Origin: Eledone cirrhosa
Taxonomy: Eukaryota
Length of the DNA stretch: 64,000 nt
Assembly (NCBI GenBank): GCA_964016885.1
Contig: OZ024746.1
Location: 18,848,001-18,912,000, forward strand
Direction of reading: 5' to 3'
Each line of letters opens with the position of its first letter. The first letter of the stretch is position 1. Position numbers and translations under genes: made by a program. Below are positions 11,895-25,145 of the stretch, one piece after another. The notes under the pieces are model-generated. The model was not told the origin of the DNA. It saw only the letters and a list, made by a program, of their open reading frames with translations, and did no database searches.

Positions 11895-12105
11895 GCATGA
11901 GTGTGTATGAGTGTCTGTGTGTATGTAAGTGTGTGTGTGTGTGCACGTGTGTGTATGTAAGTGTGCACGTGTGTGTGTGTGTGAGTGAGCATGTGTGAGT
12001 GTGAAAGTGTGTATGTATGAATGTATGTATGAGTGTGAGAGTGTATGTGAGAGTGTATCTGTGTGTATGTGTGCATGCATGTGTGTGAGCATGTGTATAC
12101 ATGCA
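11895..12105. repeat. Degenerate (TG)n microsatellite
   Basis: Direct reading. Confidence 0.85.
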
Positions 12106-12471
12106 TTTCAACATATTACTATGGTTTTAGCATGCTTTCCTCCATGTTGTTGTAATACCTACACCTTCTTCAATAATTCTACAATGTCATACCCTATGAG
12201 AAAGGCAGAGGATATAGATTAGATTCAAAAGAGGGCATATGATACCCTACAAGGGTTATTTTCTTGTGGGAAAGGCAGGGGATATAGATTAGACTCAAAA
12301 GAGGTCTTTATGATGATCTACTTGAGTGTATATTGTTTTGGTGTTATACATTATTGATTTAGGTTAAGGCTATCAATATTAGAGGAAGTGCAATTATAGT
12401 AAACAAACTTTTTAAAATTGGCACAAAATATATTCCTTTTTTGCCCACTTATTCCTGTGAGGGTTGTGGGG

Positions 12472-12613
12472 ACAAAGCCAACAATTTTGGGGAAGGGGAA
12501 AGTTAATTAAATTGACTCCAGTCTGTTACTGGTACCTTATTTTATTGATCCCAGTAACACACTGGAGTCAATTTAATTGACTTTCCCCCCTTCCCAAAAA
12601 TTGTTGGCTTTGT
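12472..12613. repeat. Fold-back inverted repeat made of SINE-A 3' sequence
   Basis: Arms about 12472-12532 and 12551-12613, 18-nt spacer. Confidence 0.85.
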
Positions 12614-13557
12614 GCTTAAATCAGAAAACACTACTCACACACATGCATCTAAACACCCCGCCCCACCTAGCTAATTAAAGATATTGTCAAGCCAAATAAT
12701 ACCTACATGAACAGATGCATGTTAATATGGAGCATGATCACACCCAATAGACCTATTACATGAGCACACAGCTACATACATAACCAACAGTCTCACTACA
12801 CTACATTTATTTACATGCTGTCATAACACTGAGTACTACTACAATATAGTTAAGAAATAAAACACTACACATCCATAACTACAGTCCACACACACATATA
12901 TATATATGCTATCAGCAATAAAAATACACATACACACACTAATGCACATATATTCACCATCTGTCTCTGAACACTAGATTTGGCCAGCCCTCTAAGGAAG
13001 TAGAGTTAGGGCTATGGAAGTAAGGGATTGGCCAAATCTAGTGTAATCATGTAACCAATCTCTCCCCATATGGGTTATTTGTCTAAACATTTTATTCCTT
13101 AATTTGTCTTCATTTTTCTGTTCTTTCCTCCATTCTCACTATTTTCTGATGAAGAACTTAGTCCAAAATTTCAACAGTGACTTTTTCACTTTTGACCATC
13201 AACCTAATAATTTTATTTTTTTATCCTACCCCACTCTTAATTTTTGTTTTTCATTCATCATGCACACACACACACGCGTGTGTGTGCGTGTGCATGTGTG
13301 TGCGCGCGTGTGGACATGTGTGCATGCGCACATGCGTGTGTATGTATGAATTACTAATGATTATATTTTCCAGACACCATAAAATATTAATTCAAGTTAT
13401 TAAATTACTATTTCCTTTTTGGAATATAATATAATAGTACATCCTATCTCCTGCTATGAGGGTTGGGGGTTAAAATGAAACTGGAAAGACTATACTGAAA
13501 AACATTTAAAGCAACATTAGATTATTAAACAGATTTGTTTTCCCATATTTATAATCA

Positions 13558-13970
13558 TCTTTTTCACCCACTTATTCCTGTGAAGGTCTTGGAGACAGCC
13601 TCTTCAAACACTCCTTCCAGTGATTCCTGTCAGAAGTAACCATCTCCAATTGATCCGGTTAGGTCCCCAAGCAAGACCAGCCAAGCTCATAGGTATTATC
13701 CAACCATCTTGCTCAGGGTCTACTCCTGGGTCTCCTGTCGGTTGGTTTTGCCCATAAAATTTGTCTAGTGATTCTTTTCTGAGACCATTCTAACCACATG
13801 ATTGTAATATCAGAGCTGTGACGTCTCAATTCAGAGAAGTAGAGGCTCTACCTTGAGAGACTCTCTGATCTCCAAGCTACACACTCTATTGAGTAACATT
13901 ACTCCAAAGGCCCTTGGGGGGGGGGGGACACACACCCCATTTCAGTCACTAGTATTCACGATCATATTCA
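13558..13970 (-). mobile_element. RTE LINE 3' fragment (family B)
   Basis: Aligns by eye with 15050-15515. Confidence 0.75.
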
Positions 13971-15049
13971 ATGTGGGTGTCATATTGTCACCTCTCCTAT
14001 TCATAATTGACATGTGTAGTTAGGTTGGAAGTGGTATCAAAACCGGTGGGTGTAGGATCAGTCAGATATTTGCAGACAAAATGGAGCTACTTAACTTGTT
14101 TTATTGTGTCACCAATTCCAGATAAGTTGTGCCCTTGATATAATTCAAGAATCTTAAGCCATTTTAGTATGATTTCTAAATCTGGATACCCTTCCTATCA
14201 TCAACCAACCACCTTACAGCATGTACCTGATGCATTTGTCATGGAACCAACACTAAAGAGGGTTCTGAACCTTTTTTGGCATGGTTTTTATGGCTGGAAA
14301 CCCTTCTAACCACTTTACAACATGTACTAGATGCATTTTATGTTGGGAAGGGAGTAGTTTTTCAGGGTTGTGGGATAAAAAAAATAAGAAAATATAAATG
14401 ATACAGATGTTAGAAATTTTATTATCAACAATCTTTCTATGTAAAGAGTCTAGATGGGTTTATTTTGAGAAAACCTAAATTATTACATAGCTATCCTTTA
14501 GTAATCTGAAGAAAGTTATGACTATAGTGCTGTACTAAATCAGACAAAACTACCTACTGCTCATTAGATATTCTAAAAGAAAAAAAAAAATGGGTGTAAC
14601 AAAATCCATTATTCTTTTTATATATCTTCTGAAATATAAAAAAAAAAGCCATAGTAAGAACTGCTCAAAGAAAAGGTCACAGAAAACTGTAAGTGGTTCC
14701 AATTTCAAACTGAATTCTCCATTAGTTGATTTTTTTCTATTGAAAGTGATCAGAGTACTTCCTGATATTACAATCATGAAATGTATCTAGAACTTGAGAC
14801 ATTTCTAAAATAGCAAATATAAAATTCAATTTGATATCTACTATTTGTATATTTGAATTGCAGTTTCTACTCTATTTAGAAATACTAAAAATACTGTAAA
14901 AAATCCTTTCTTCTCTTTACGCTGTTGGCTATGTGTAAACATGAAAAACAAAATAATTCACCCTTCCTTATTTCTATTACCAATTTAAAATATTTTAAAC
15001 ATAGCTATATATATTATTATTCCATTTAAATTAGCTATTATACATTGAT

Positions 15050-15515
15050 CCTTCTTCTTTGCCCACTTATTCTTGGGAGGGTTGTGGGGGCAGAGTACTT
15101 AAACACTCCTTCCAGCAGGTCCTGTCAGGAACTGTTTCCAACTGATCCAGCTGGTTCTCCAAACGAGACCAACCGAGCTCATGGATGTTATCCAATCATC
15201 TTGATCAGGGTCTACCCCTGGGTCTCCTACCAGTTGGTTTTGCTTGTAAGATCTGTCCAGTGATTCTTTCCTGAGGCATTCTAACCACATGTCTGTAATA
15301 TTGGAGCTGTGATCTCCCAATTCGGAGAAGTAACAGCACGACCTGAAACGATTCTCTCATCTTTGAGCTATGCACTCTATCAAGTAATGTTACTCCAAAG
15401 ACACTTTGGAGGAAGCCCATTTCAGCCACTTGTATTCGTGATCGTATTCTTTCAGTCAATACCCAATATTCATGACCATAAGTAAGGGTTGGCATGAACA
15501 CTGAATTGAAGATAG
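15050..15515 (-). mobile_element. RTE LINE 3' fragment (family B)
   Basis: Encodes FNSVFMPTLTYGHEYWVLTERIRSRIQVAEMGFL...YYRHVVRMPQER...GRRPRGRP, an RTE C-terminal signature. Confidence 0.85.
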
Positions 15516-16929
15516 CTACATTGATCCAGAGTAGATAAATCTTTCTTCTAATGAACATGATAACATTATCTGCTCTATCACCATAGTGAGATAGATATAC
15601 AGCATTATTCAAGTTGCTTCCTTCTAAAATTAGTAACCTAATACATTACAAACTTTATAGACAAAGTCCATGACATTAGCTCTGCAGTAAATAATATTAG
15701 AAACACCATCAAAAACGGAGCAGTGGAGTGTAAATCCAAATTACTTATTTTCTCAATAACTCATTACATTATCATTATTTGAACCCCATTTTCTCTATAT
15801 GTATCAACAAACAAATAAATAAACAAAAATCAATAAGATACAAAATTATTGTTCATTGATTTTGACTCAACTGACAGAAGAAAGCCTTCTCAACTATTAT
15901 AATAAGGGAAATGGGATACATAAATTAATTAATTAATATAGATATTACTGCTGAAATAAATAAGGATAATAATACTGATGATGATAATAATAATAATAAT
16001 AACAATAATGATAATAATAATCTGATCAAAGGGTTTAATGCAACAAGAAAAATTCAATATCTGAAAACTGATTTGTTTTTCAGTTATTAGTAAATAACAG
16101 CTTAATTTCTTTTTATGTCTTGATGTTCACATAAATACATCATATATTCTGAAATCAATTTCTCCACTAGTCATACACACTATATACTGTTAAACAGTAT
16201 ATCATTACTTCCAATCCAGGGCCTTCTCATTTCCATAGAAGGTAACACCCTCCCTGGTTAACCTCCACTACTTTCTGTTTAGTTTTGGCCATGTCTTCAG
16301 GTATGTAGCCATACTCACCACACTTGAACAATTGTGAGTTGGTGAGGCTATTTAACTCATAGTTCAGGCAGGTGGATGGCTGTTGACTCTGAAGAGTTCA
16401 TCCACCCTTTTAATATTAATTACCACAACGAAATACAAACAAACTAAGAAACGGGAAAAGAAAATAGTAAGGCTGTGTTATAAACGTAAGTAAATAAGAC
16501 CGTTATTGCTCCAATCTGTCCACAAAACACTGAACAAACACCGTAAACCGAACGCCAACCTCATGACTCCTGATAGGCCAACCCATGACCCATCTTCCCA
16601 AACTCAGCAAACTGACCAACTGTAACAGCCACAAGTGGGGGAAGACAGGCATTATCAAGCTGCAGTTGTCATACATAGTTTCTATATAATAAAGCTGATA
16701 AATCTATTATTATCTTGTATTACAACAGTATCTAATGGATGTGTATGTTTATGTGTACAGAAGCTATGGGCTTATTATTCACATTTCATCAATACAGAGT
16801 CTGAGAGCTGGCAATTGACATCTAACTATCTAACAAGGCCATACAACATGTTGTTTAAGGATGTTAAAATTCAATGTTATTAATAAAGATGTGCATGTTC
16901 AGTTCTAGCCTAAGGTTGGGTCTGTGTGT

Positions 16930-16935
16930 GAGAGA

Positions 16936-17016
<81 letters not shown>
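16930..17016. repeat. (AG)n microsatellite
   Basis: Direct reading; similar tracts at 19588-19640 and 21479-21498. Confidence 0.9.
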
Positions 17017-17017
<1 letters not shown>

Positions 17018-19585
17018 ATTGAATGAGAATTAGAGACTATAGCAATTGAAATGCCCGCTAGCTAGAAACAATAGATAAGGTTAATAAGAAAATTAATGTG
17101 CAGTAACTTTCAAGACAATGAGCTTATTTTCACTCCTGCTTTAGGGTTAATAGGCACGGGTTTATCTTTAAAACAAACTTAGGCAACAACAGAAAGATTA
17201 AAGCAGTGATTCCCAGAGTGAGCGCTCCTTTTTTTTTTTGTGGGGTTGCTGAATGATTCCAGAGGGTGCTGGTAGGTGAGGATTGGAAGACATGTGGTGA
17301 GAGGGGCAAGGGGGAAAGTTGTGAGCTTATCTTAGTAACTAAAAAAAAGCATTGTGTGGGGTGGGGTGGGATGTTGCTCGCGTTTCAAATTATAGGTTGT
17401 CTTGGACACATTTTGTGATACATTTTGGTGCTACAAATCAAATTATATGCTCTGATACTTCATTTCTTGGAAAGAAACACTTTCATTTCATTTCATTTTA
17501 TTTATCCTGCATTATGTGTGGTGAATGTGTGCAAAGGGTAGAGTTTTGTCTTTTCTACAAATGTTATTTTATATTTTTATAGTTATATCTGGGGAATATG
17601 TATGACTATTCGATATCTTCATTTTATTTATCCTTTCTTAAGCTCATATACACAACATATATTTTAATAGTCTAGAAAAGCATTCAACCTCTCCACATTG
17701 TTTTTCTTCTCTTTTTCTGTTCCTAGCTTTCTTTTGTAAATTTTCCCCCAAAGAATATATATATATGTTAGTGGAAGTAGAGGATCTACCACAAGTTCAG
17801 TAGTTTCTAGTTAATGATTTAATATACAGAATTTTTTTTTATTTTTTTTATTTTTTTTTACTGTACCAGATAGACTAGAGAATAAATTGAACAAAATATT
17901 GGCAGTAGAGTATCCAATATATAAGATAAAGCTTCATTCCATCATCTGCAAACAAGCTATTACTAATGTGCCTGATTTACAAAATCAATGGAGTTCCATC
18001 AATTTAGGGCTGCCACTGTGGATTCATTACACACTTAAAAACAAAGATGCTGAATGTATTGGTGGCCTCAACCTTTACATAAATTAATCAAGCAATCTTT
18101 TATATTTTTCTGCAAATATATTTTTGGTTATACAAGAAATGTGTAACTAAACAGGAAAAGAAAGAACATTATTAAACTTTAATTGTTAATCTATCATTTC
18201 TGTCTGACTTTATGGAGAGTGCTGATGAAATATATCCTCTAAAAGGTGAAACACTAGATTAATTGAGACTGGGCTTTGAAGACAAGAATTTATAATAACA
18301 CAGGTCATCTAAATGATGTAAAAATTAACAAACATATTCTGTGTTGGAGGCAAGTATGTCAACACACATACATTTAACAAATAATAAAACTGATATAGAA
18401 GGGAAGACACATACAAGACAGCATGGAAATGATGATTGCAGTGGGTTGTGGTGGTCATAAATATGACAGCAACAACCTTTCTTTCACATAAACAAATTTA
18501 GAGATGAAATGGCAACAAAAAAAACATGGTTAGTAGACATTCCATTAAAGGATGTGTCTCAGAAAATTACAATTAGAATTGGTAAGTTTATAAAACAGTA
18601 TAAAAAATTGCTAAAAATAAACTCCATGCAACATATGTATAAGCCAACATTTAACGGAAATTTTTAATGTTAAGCAATGGAGTTATCATAATGAGGTTAG
18701 ATTGGACAAATGAAATGAAGCTATGATTCCATCAGAAAGCAATACGGAACATCCCCAAAATGCCATTCTTTAACATATTTTTTAAGATGAATTATTATTA
18801 CCAAAACCTAAACTATATCAATTATAGCAGATATATTTTCGGACTTATTAGAAACCAAAGCAATAAATTTAAGAAGTCAGAAAATAGGACACAGCTCATT
18901 AAAATAAATTAGAATATTTCACATTGATTTATCATCTCATATCTTACATATAGATTTTTCTAAAAGTCAAATCAAGTTATCAATGAAATATATTTAGAAA
19001 TCTAAGTTGAGATAAGGAATTACTTTCATCATTAGAGAGAAATATAATGACACTAATTCCTTATCTTGTCTTTCGATCAGCTTCAGATAGAAATGTATCT
19101 CACACATGCAAGTATCCACAAGATTATTAACTAAAACTAAAAGTAAGAGACTGTAGTCTGCATAGTTGAGCAACCATCAACTATAAGATAACACTTCTTA
19201 TTTAAATTCAATATAAATAATAATAAGAAAGAAAGATTTAAGAGATATATAATTAAACATGTGTGCTAAGATCTCATAAGAGATGTAAATGATGAAAATT
19301 GCCTTGGGGGCTTTCAGTTGGAAATATACTGATGTGTATGTATTAATTACAGTGATTTTAATAGTAGTTGACCATAGAAAGAACCACTCCACTTCCACTA
19401 AATTCTTACTAAAAGTATTCATTTATTTATATAGTTTGTTTGTTAGACCAGACAGAAATAATCTGCTTTCTCTTTGACATTGCAGACATACCAATAGAGG
19501 CCAAGATAGCTAACCGGAATAAGATACACAGATTGATATGTTGAACTCTTAAGAGCTAAATACTTGAATGAGTGAGGTATACAAC

Positions 19586-19641
<56 letters not shown>

Positions 19642-20619
19642 CATGGATTTTTTTGAGAACTGGCCCTTCTGGTTGCTCCTACACATTAGTTCAGTTACAT
19701 CTGCACTGTATTTGAACAAGAAATGGTTGTACCTAATCAATAAAATCCAATCAACAACTAAAGGAGTGTATCATGCTTTGATTTTTATCAACTTATTCAA
19801 TACTCTATTTGGTATTTATTCCACCTATTCTACAAAATTATAAGTCAATCAATCAATAAGAGAATGTCTCAATACCCCATCCCTCATATTTCTGCTATAA
19901 TAGCCGATGGATTATATTTTTGATAGATGCAATACCTTCATATTCTCAAGCAATTCAATGAAATAGAAGTATGCATAGTTAATTATAATTAATCACCCCC
20001 ACCCACTGCTACTTTAAAAATAGTAACATGTGGGAAAATAAGAAAAAATCTGAAATCAAAATATTAATTGATTAATTTTACATGATCACATGATTGTAAA
20101 CTTTTTTTTTTCACCTGGTCAAGCTAGGTAAATCACAAGCACAAGCTTGAATGATTATCGTGTGTAATCAAAGAAGTTAATCAGAAGAAACAAGTTATAT
20201 AAAAGTGATATGATGACAGATGATATAACATTTTTTTTAGTAAATTCTTTTAACAGCAAGAAAATAAAAACATATCAAGTTTTTCAGTAATATATAGTTA
20301 GTATAAAATAAGAATTACTTGAACAACACATTAAAATATGAAGCAAAACTCATACAATGGTGAACAAGACAAAAACCTTTTTTGGGAGATGGGACTATTA
20401 CTTCAAGTTAATTGAGTAAATAACATTTCTAGACTAATTTGTAAAAAAAATTTTCTGTATCTTTTTCATATGGTAAATATATTAGTTAAATCTGTGATAG
20501 ACTGGAGTCTTGTCCAAGAAGAGCCCTGTACTCTCAGTTACTTAATGTTAAGGAAACTGAGGAGCAGCACAAGTCTGATGAACTTTTGGCTTAGAACAGA
20601 CAGAAATATATTATTGAGT

Positions 20620-21210
20620 CTCTCTGATTGCAGCAGATGTAATCAGTCTTTGAGACATTGACATAAAGATTGCCATCTTCCATATTGCTATCTTCTGCTG
20701 TGTTTTTTGTAAAGATTATGTAGAAGAGTGGTAGCTATTGATATCATGCCCGAGAAGAGAGCAATATCATAAGTTATTGTTGTGGCTAGGGGATGAATGG
20801 ATAGGGGGAATTTTGTCAATTGAAGTACAGAGGATGTAGCTCAGGCAGATGATAAATAGGAATAGCACAAGTGTATCACCTTGAAAGACGCCTACATTAA
20901 TACCAAAGATATCTGTCACTCTGTACTGTTTGGCAAGCTTTTTTCCCAATCACTGATGTCACTAGAGAGATACATGTACTTTGTAGGAGATTGCTGGAGA
21001 GTTATGCAAGAACTCATTAGTAATATACTCTTATGGACACTATGACATGGACATACGTGGCTTGGCCATTCAGCAAAAAACTTCACTGACAAGCTCTGTA
21101 TGGACAGAATATGTTACTTTACTGACCTTCCAAATGCTATGTGGCATTGAGATGATGGCATGATCAAGTCAAACAAATCTGAATAAGCTTCACCAGATGA
21201 AATGATGTAA
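20620..21210. mobile_element. Degenerate RTE LINE in two opposite-orientation pieces
   Basis: Minus 20920-20620 encodes DIFGINVGVFQGDTLVLFLFIICLSYIL (RT motif); plus ~20926-21210 encodes VGDCWRV.QELISNILLWT..HG (C-terminus). Confidence 0.65.
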
Positions 21211-21329
21211 TATATATTATTAAGTACGGCAGCATATTTTCATTTAACATATGCTAAAGTCAATTACAACATTACAGTTAAACATGCTCTACAGATTTGA
21301 AGACTTTAATGGAATTTCTTCTTTGATTT

Positions 21330-22022
21330 ATATAATGTGGGAGGTGAAGTTTAAAGGATGAAGAGGGAGAAATTGTTGTAGCTGAAGTGGCAGCTCATCA
21401 GAGTTACAAGGTAGATAAAAAGGGCTGCAAAGAAAGAAGTAGCAAAAACGGAGCACAAGAAGCACACGGAAGAATGTTGAGAGAGAGAGAGAGAGAGAGG
21501 GGGGGGGGCTGTGGTAGAGGTGGACTGCTTGAAAGATGTAGTGGCAGAAATTGTTGCAGACTCGGATGGAATTAAGGAAAGGTGGAAGAGAAGTATATAG
21601 AGAGATTGGTGAATGTGGAGACTGAATGGAATGGCAACATAGAGAGCAATAACAATCAACTTCTTGGATCAGCAGAGGAGAGATAGCTGAAAAAGTTGGG
21701 GCAGGATCGAGAAAGATGAAGAGTGGAAAGGCAGGAAGGCCAATAGGAGTTGTGGGAAATATGTTAAAGGCAACAGAAACTTGGGGATGTGAAGAGATGG
21801 CAGAGATCTGTAGGGTGTTGGTAAAAGAAAACAGTATTCCAGTAGATTGGGAGTTGAATACTCTCATCCCTCTGAACAAGGGGAAAGCTGATCCTCTAGA
21901 TTACGGCTTATATAGAGCAGTTAAGGTATTGGAATATGGAGTGTTAGAGAAGAGGATGAAGAAAAAAGAGAAGATTAATGAAATGCAGTTTGTCTTTTTG
22001 CCAGGAAAAGGAACGACTACTG
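21330..22022 (+). mobile_element. Degenerate RTE LINE, RT N-terminal region
   Basis: MKSGKAGRPIG...IPVDWELNTLIPLNKGKADPLDYGLYRAVKVLE...MQFVFLPGKGTT. Confidence 0.82.
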
Positions 22023-22398
22023 TAATATTAGATTGTCCTAGATTTTATTCTATTAAGGGCCAACACAAAATAATTTTTTTTTTTGATTTTTTTTTTTTAA
22101 AATTATTAATTGTGAAAACTACAATACAGAATAACAAAAAAACACAACCATGCAAATTACATACAATTGCAGGCAACATTCCTTAACCATTATTGTGGGC
22201 TACTTGAAGGTTATATAATTATGAAATAATTATATACACCGATTTACATATCAAAGAATGGTGTTATAGTGTCTAATATATTTTTTTCACTTAGTAAAAC
22301 TTTGTAGCAACTTTTGTTAAAAAATGGTGTTAAAAAATTATGTGAAAAAATATGAAGAAAAATATTGGATCTAATTTAGCCAATAAGCCTAACAAATA

Positions 22399-22592
22399 TG
22401 AGAGTGGGCTGAAAAGTTCATAGGCTGACTATAAAGCACTGACGCTAGAGATATGAAATCTTGCATGCAATAATTTCAACTCTTCTTAATAGCTGCATTG
22501 TTTCTTTCCAGGGACTATGTTGAAAATAAGCCTCATTTGGTCATTCCATGAGAGTATCTTGGACAGCCTATGAACCTTTCAGCCAACTCTTA
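22399..22592. mobile_element. Tc1/mariner-type MITE, full length
   Basis: TA TSD; TIRs TGAGAGTGGGCTGAAAAGTTCATAGGCTG / CAGCCTATGAACCTTTCAGCCAACTCTTA. Confidence 0.82.
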
Positions 22593-23166
22593 TATATTGG
22601 GATGAAGTCAAATTTGGATATCAACTTCTCCATGTTTTGATCTAAAATATGAATCTATTTAGAATTAAAGAACAGAATGAAATTATAAAAAGAAATCTAC
22701 CAACTTTTCTAAATACTTTGAATTAAATATTTTATGTATGAAGTTATTGACCCCAAATTTAATTTAGGTGTAATAATTAATCCCAGCAAAAAGTCGAGTT
22801 AGAAATTTCTTTTCCCTCTTCAACAGCAAATGTTAATGTGACATTAATGAATACTAAAGGCGTTTTATTAACAAAAGGAAGACGATTTGGAAATTACAAC
22901 AGTAAAGCAAATTATATGAGCTGATTTAAATATATATTGATTGACAAAGAACTAAACAACTAAAATTAATCTACAACTTAGCAGACACCATAAATCATGA
23001 AATTTTTGAGTTATTGTTTCAAGGATGATAAAAAGTGACTGATGTTTGATGCAGTGTTTATTAGAATACTATAGAATTTTCAATTTTAATGTCTAATAAA
23101 CATCCATTGATGAAATGGGAAAAAACATTTATTATAATTTAATCAACTATCAAAATAAAATAATTA

Positions 23167-23404
23167 TTTATTGAAAATTTAGAAGCTTCAATGTAATTTT
23201 TTGATTATGAAAAAATAGTCTAACAAATTTGTCATGGAAGCCTCTGGATAGAAAAAAGTTGACAGTGTTGTCCATGGGACATGAACTCACATCTGCCATA
23301 TGACATCAACTTTTTCCATCCAGGGGCTTTTATGCTCAATTTGTTAGACTATTTTTCATGGTAAAAAGAAATAATATGTTGAAGATTTTAAATTTTTCAA
23401 TAAA
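23167..23404. mobile_element. Palindromic (fold-back) MITE, copy 1
   Basis: ~95-bp imperfect inverted arms, e.g. tgaaaaaatagtctaacaaatt / aatttgttagactatttttca. Confidence 0.75.
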
Positions 23405-23873
23405 TATATATCTGCTCAATGTTTCTAAAAATAGATCAAAATATTTATTCTAAGATATTTAGAAGGGAGTAAATACACTGGAGAGGAATTTCTTTTACTC
23501 TTTTACTGGTTAGATTATGGCCATGCTGTGACATCACACCAAGAAAACTAGTTTAGTTTTGTGATAGTTTGCTTGAACCATTGTGTAATATAAAACTGAA
23601 AAGTGGATATGTGTGTTTAGAAAGATTTCTCTGAAGCACCCGTCTTTGATAATGGATAGTTAATCTGAAATATTTTAAGTCTATTAAATTGCTATGGTAA
23701 CACTCAGTCATTCTTCCTTTTCTTTTGTTTTCCTTCTCCCACTTTTGATTTCTACCTCAACTCTCTCACTTCCCTTCTGACCTGTTACCTTCGTAATCTA
23801 ACCCACTTGCATTGTACAACTTTCTAAACACACATACCCACTTTTCAGTTTAATTTTATTTTCCTTCAAACTA

Positions 23874-24143
<270 letters not shown>

Positions 24144-24929
24144 TCAACTGTCAACAAAATAAAAAAATAAAAATCTGTCATCTCTCTCAGTTTTGAGTCA
24201 GAAAAGACAGTTTACTCACGAAGCCCTTTTTTCTAGTGAAACATACTTTGATACAGGGTATACTCAGTTTAAATATCATATGAGGAGAATCTATTTGCAG
24301 ATCAGAGTTTGAGTTAAATTAATAATAGAGAAAATATCTTCAACCATAATGGTATAATCATTTTGTGAAGCTGGAATAAAACCAATTTCTCTTCTGCCTT
24401 TTTCTTATCATTCAGAATCACATGAGAAATTCTGCTCAGAGGGAATCGAGAAAGTAGTATCTATATTATAAGAAAACAAAAGATGTTATGTTTAGAGAAG
24501 TTACTACCAAGTGAAACATGATACACCTCACTCAAATTATATGGAAGTAAACCTTTTAGAATTGGTGTTATGTTTTAAAGGGAAAATTTGCAAATGATAC
24601 AATTCTTGTTATACAGTAACTATGTTAGTAATAGGGATTTTTTACACAAGTTCAATGCATTAAATATATAGAAGAATATAAAAGTATGATGTCTCCACTG
24701 TTATGAAGAATATAAATTAAGCAATCTAACTTGGTCACAGAGTTAATTTACTAGAAACTAGAAAGACATAACAAATCTTTCTTTTGTTACAGGAATGAGA
24801 TGTTTTTAACCCTTCTTGACAGTATTTCTAATGATATATATATTCTATTTCATTTAATTAATGGAAAATTTTGAATGATTTACTAAAATTATTATGATCT
24901 ACTTTTTAGAAATGTTGAGTAGATATGAA

Positions 24930-25145
24930 TTTATTGAAACTTAAACTTAGAAGCTGCAATGTATTTTTTGGCTATGAAAAATAATCTAACAAATTGGGCA
25001 CAAAAACAAAGGATGGAAAAGAAGTTCACAGTCCCACGAGCAATGCTATCAGCTTTTATCCATTTAGGGGCTTTTATGCCCAATTTGTTAGATCATTTTT
25101 CATAGTAAAAAAAATACGTTGAAGCTTCTAACTTTAAGTTTTATT
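24930..25145. mobile_element. Palindromic (fold-back) MITE, copy 2
   Basis: Same family: ttagaagc..caatgtatttttt..tatgaaaaataatctaacaaattgggca / tgcccaatttgttagatcatttttcatag...gaagcttctaa. Confidence 0.75.
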
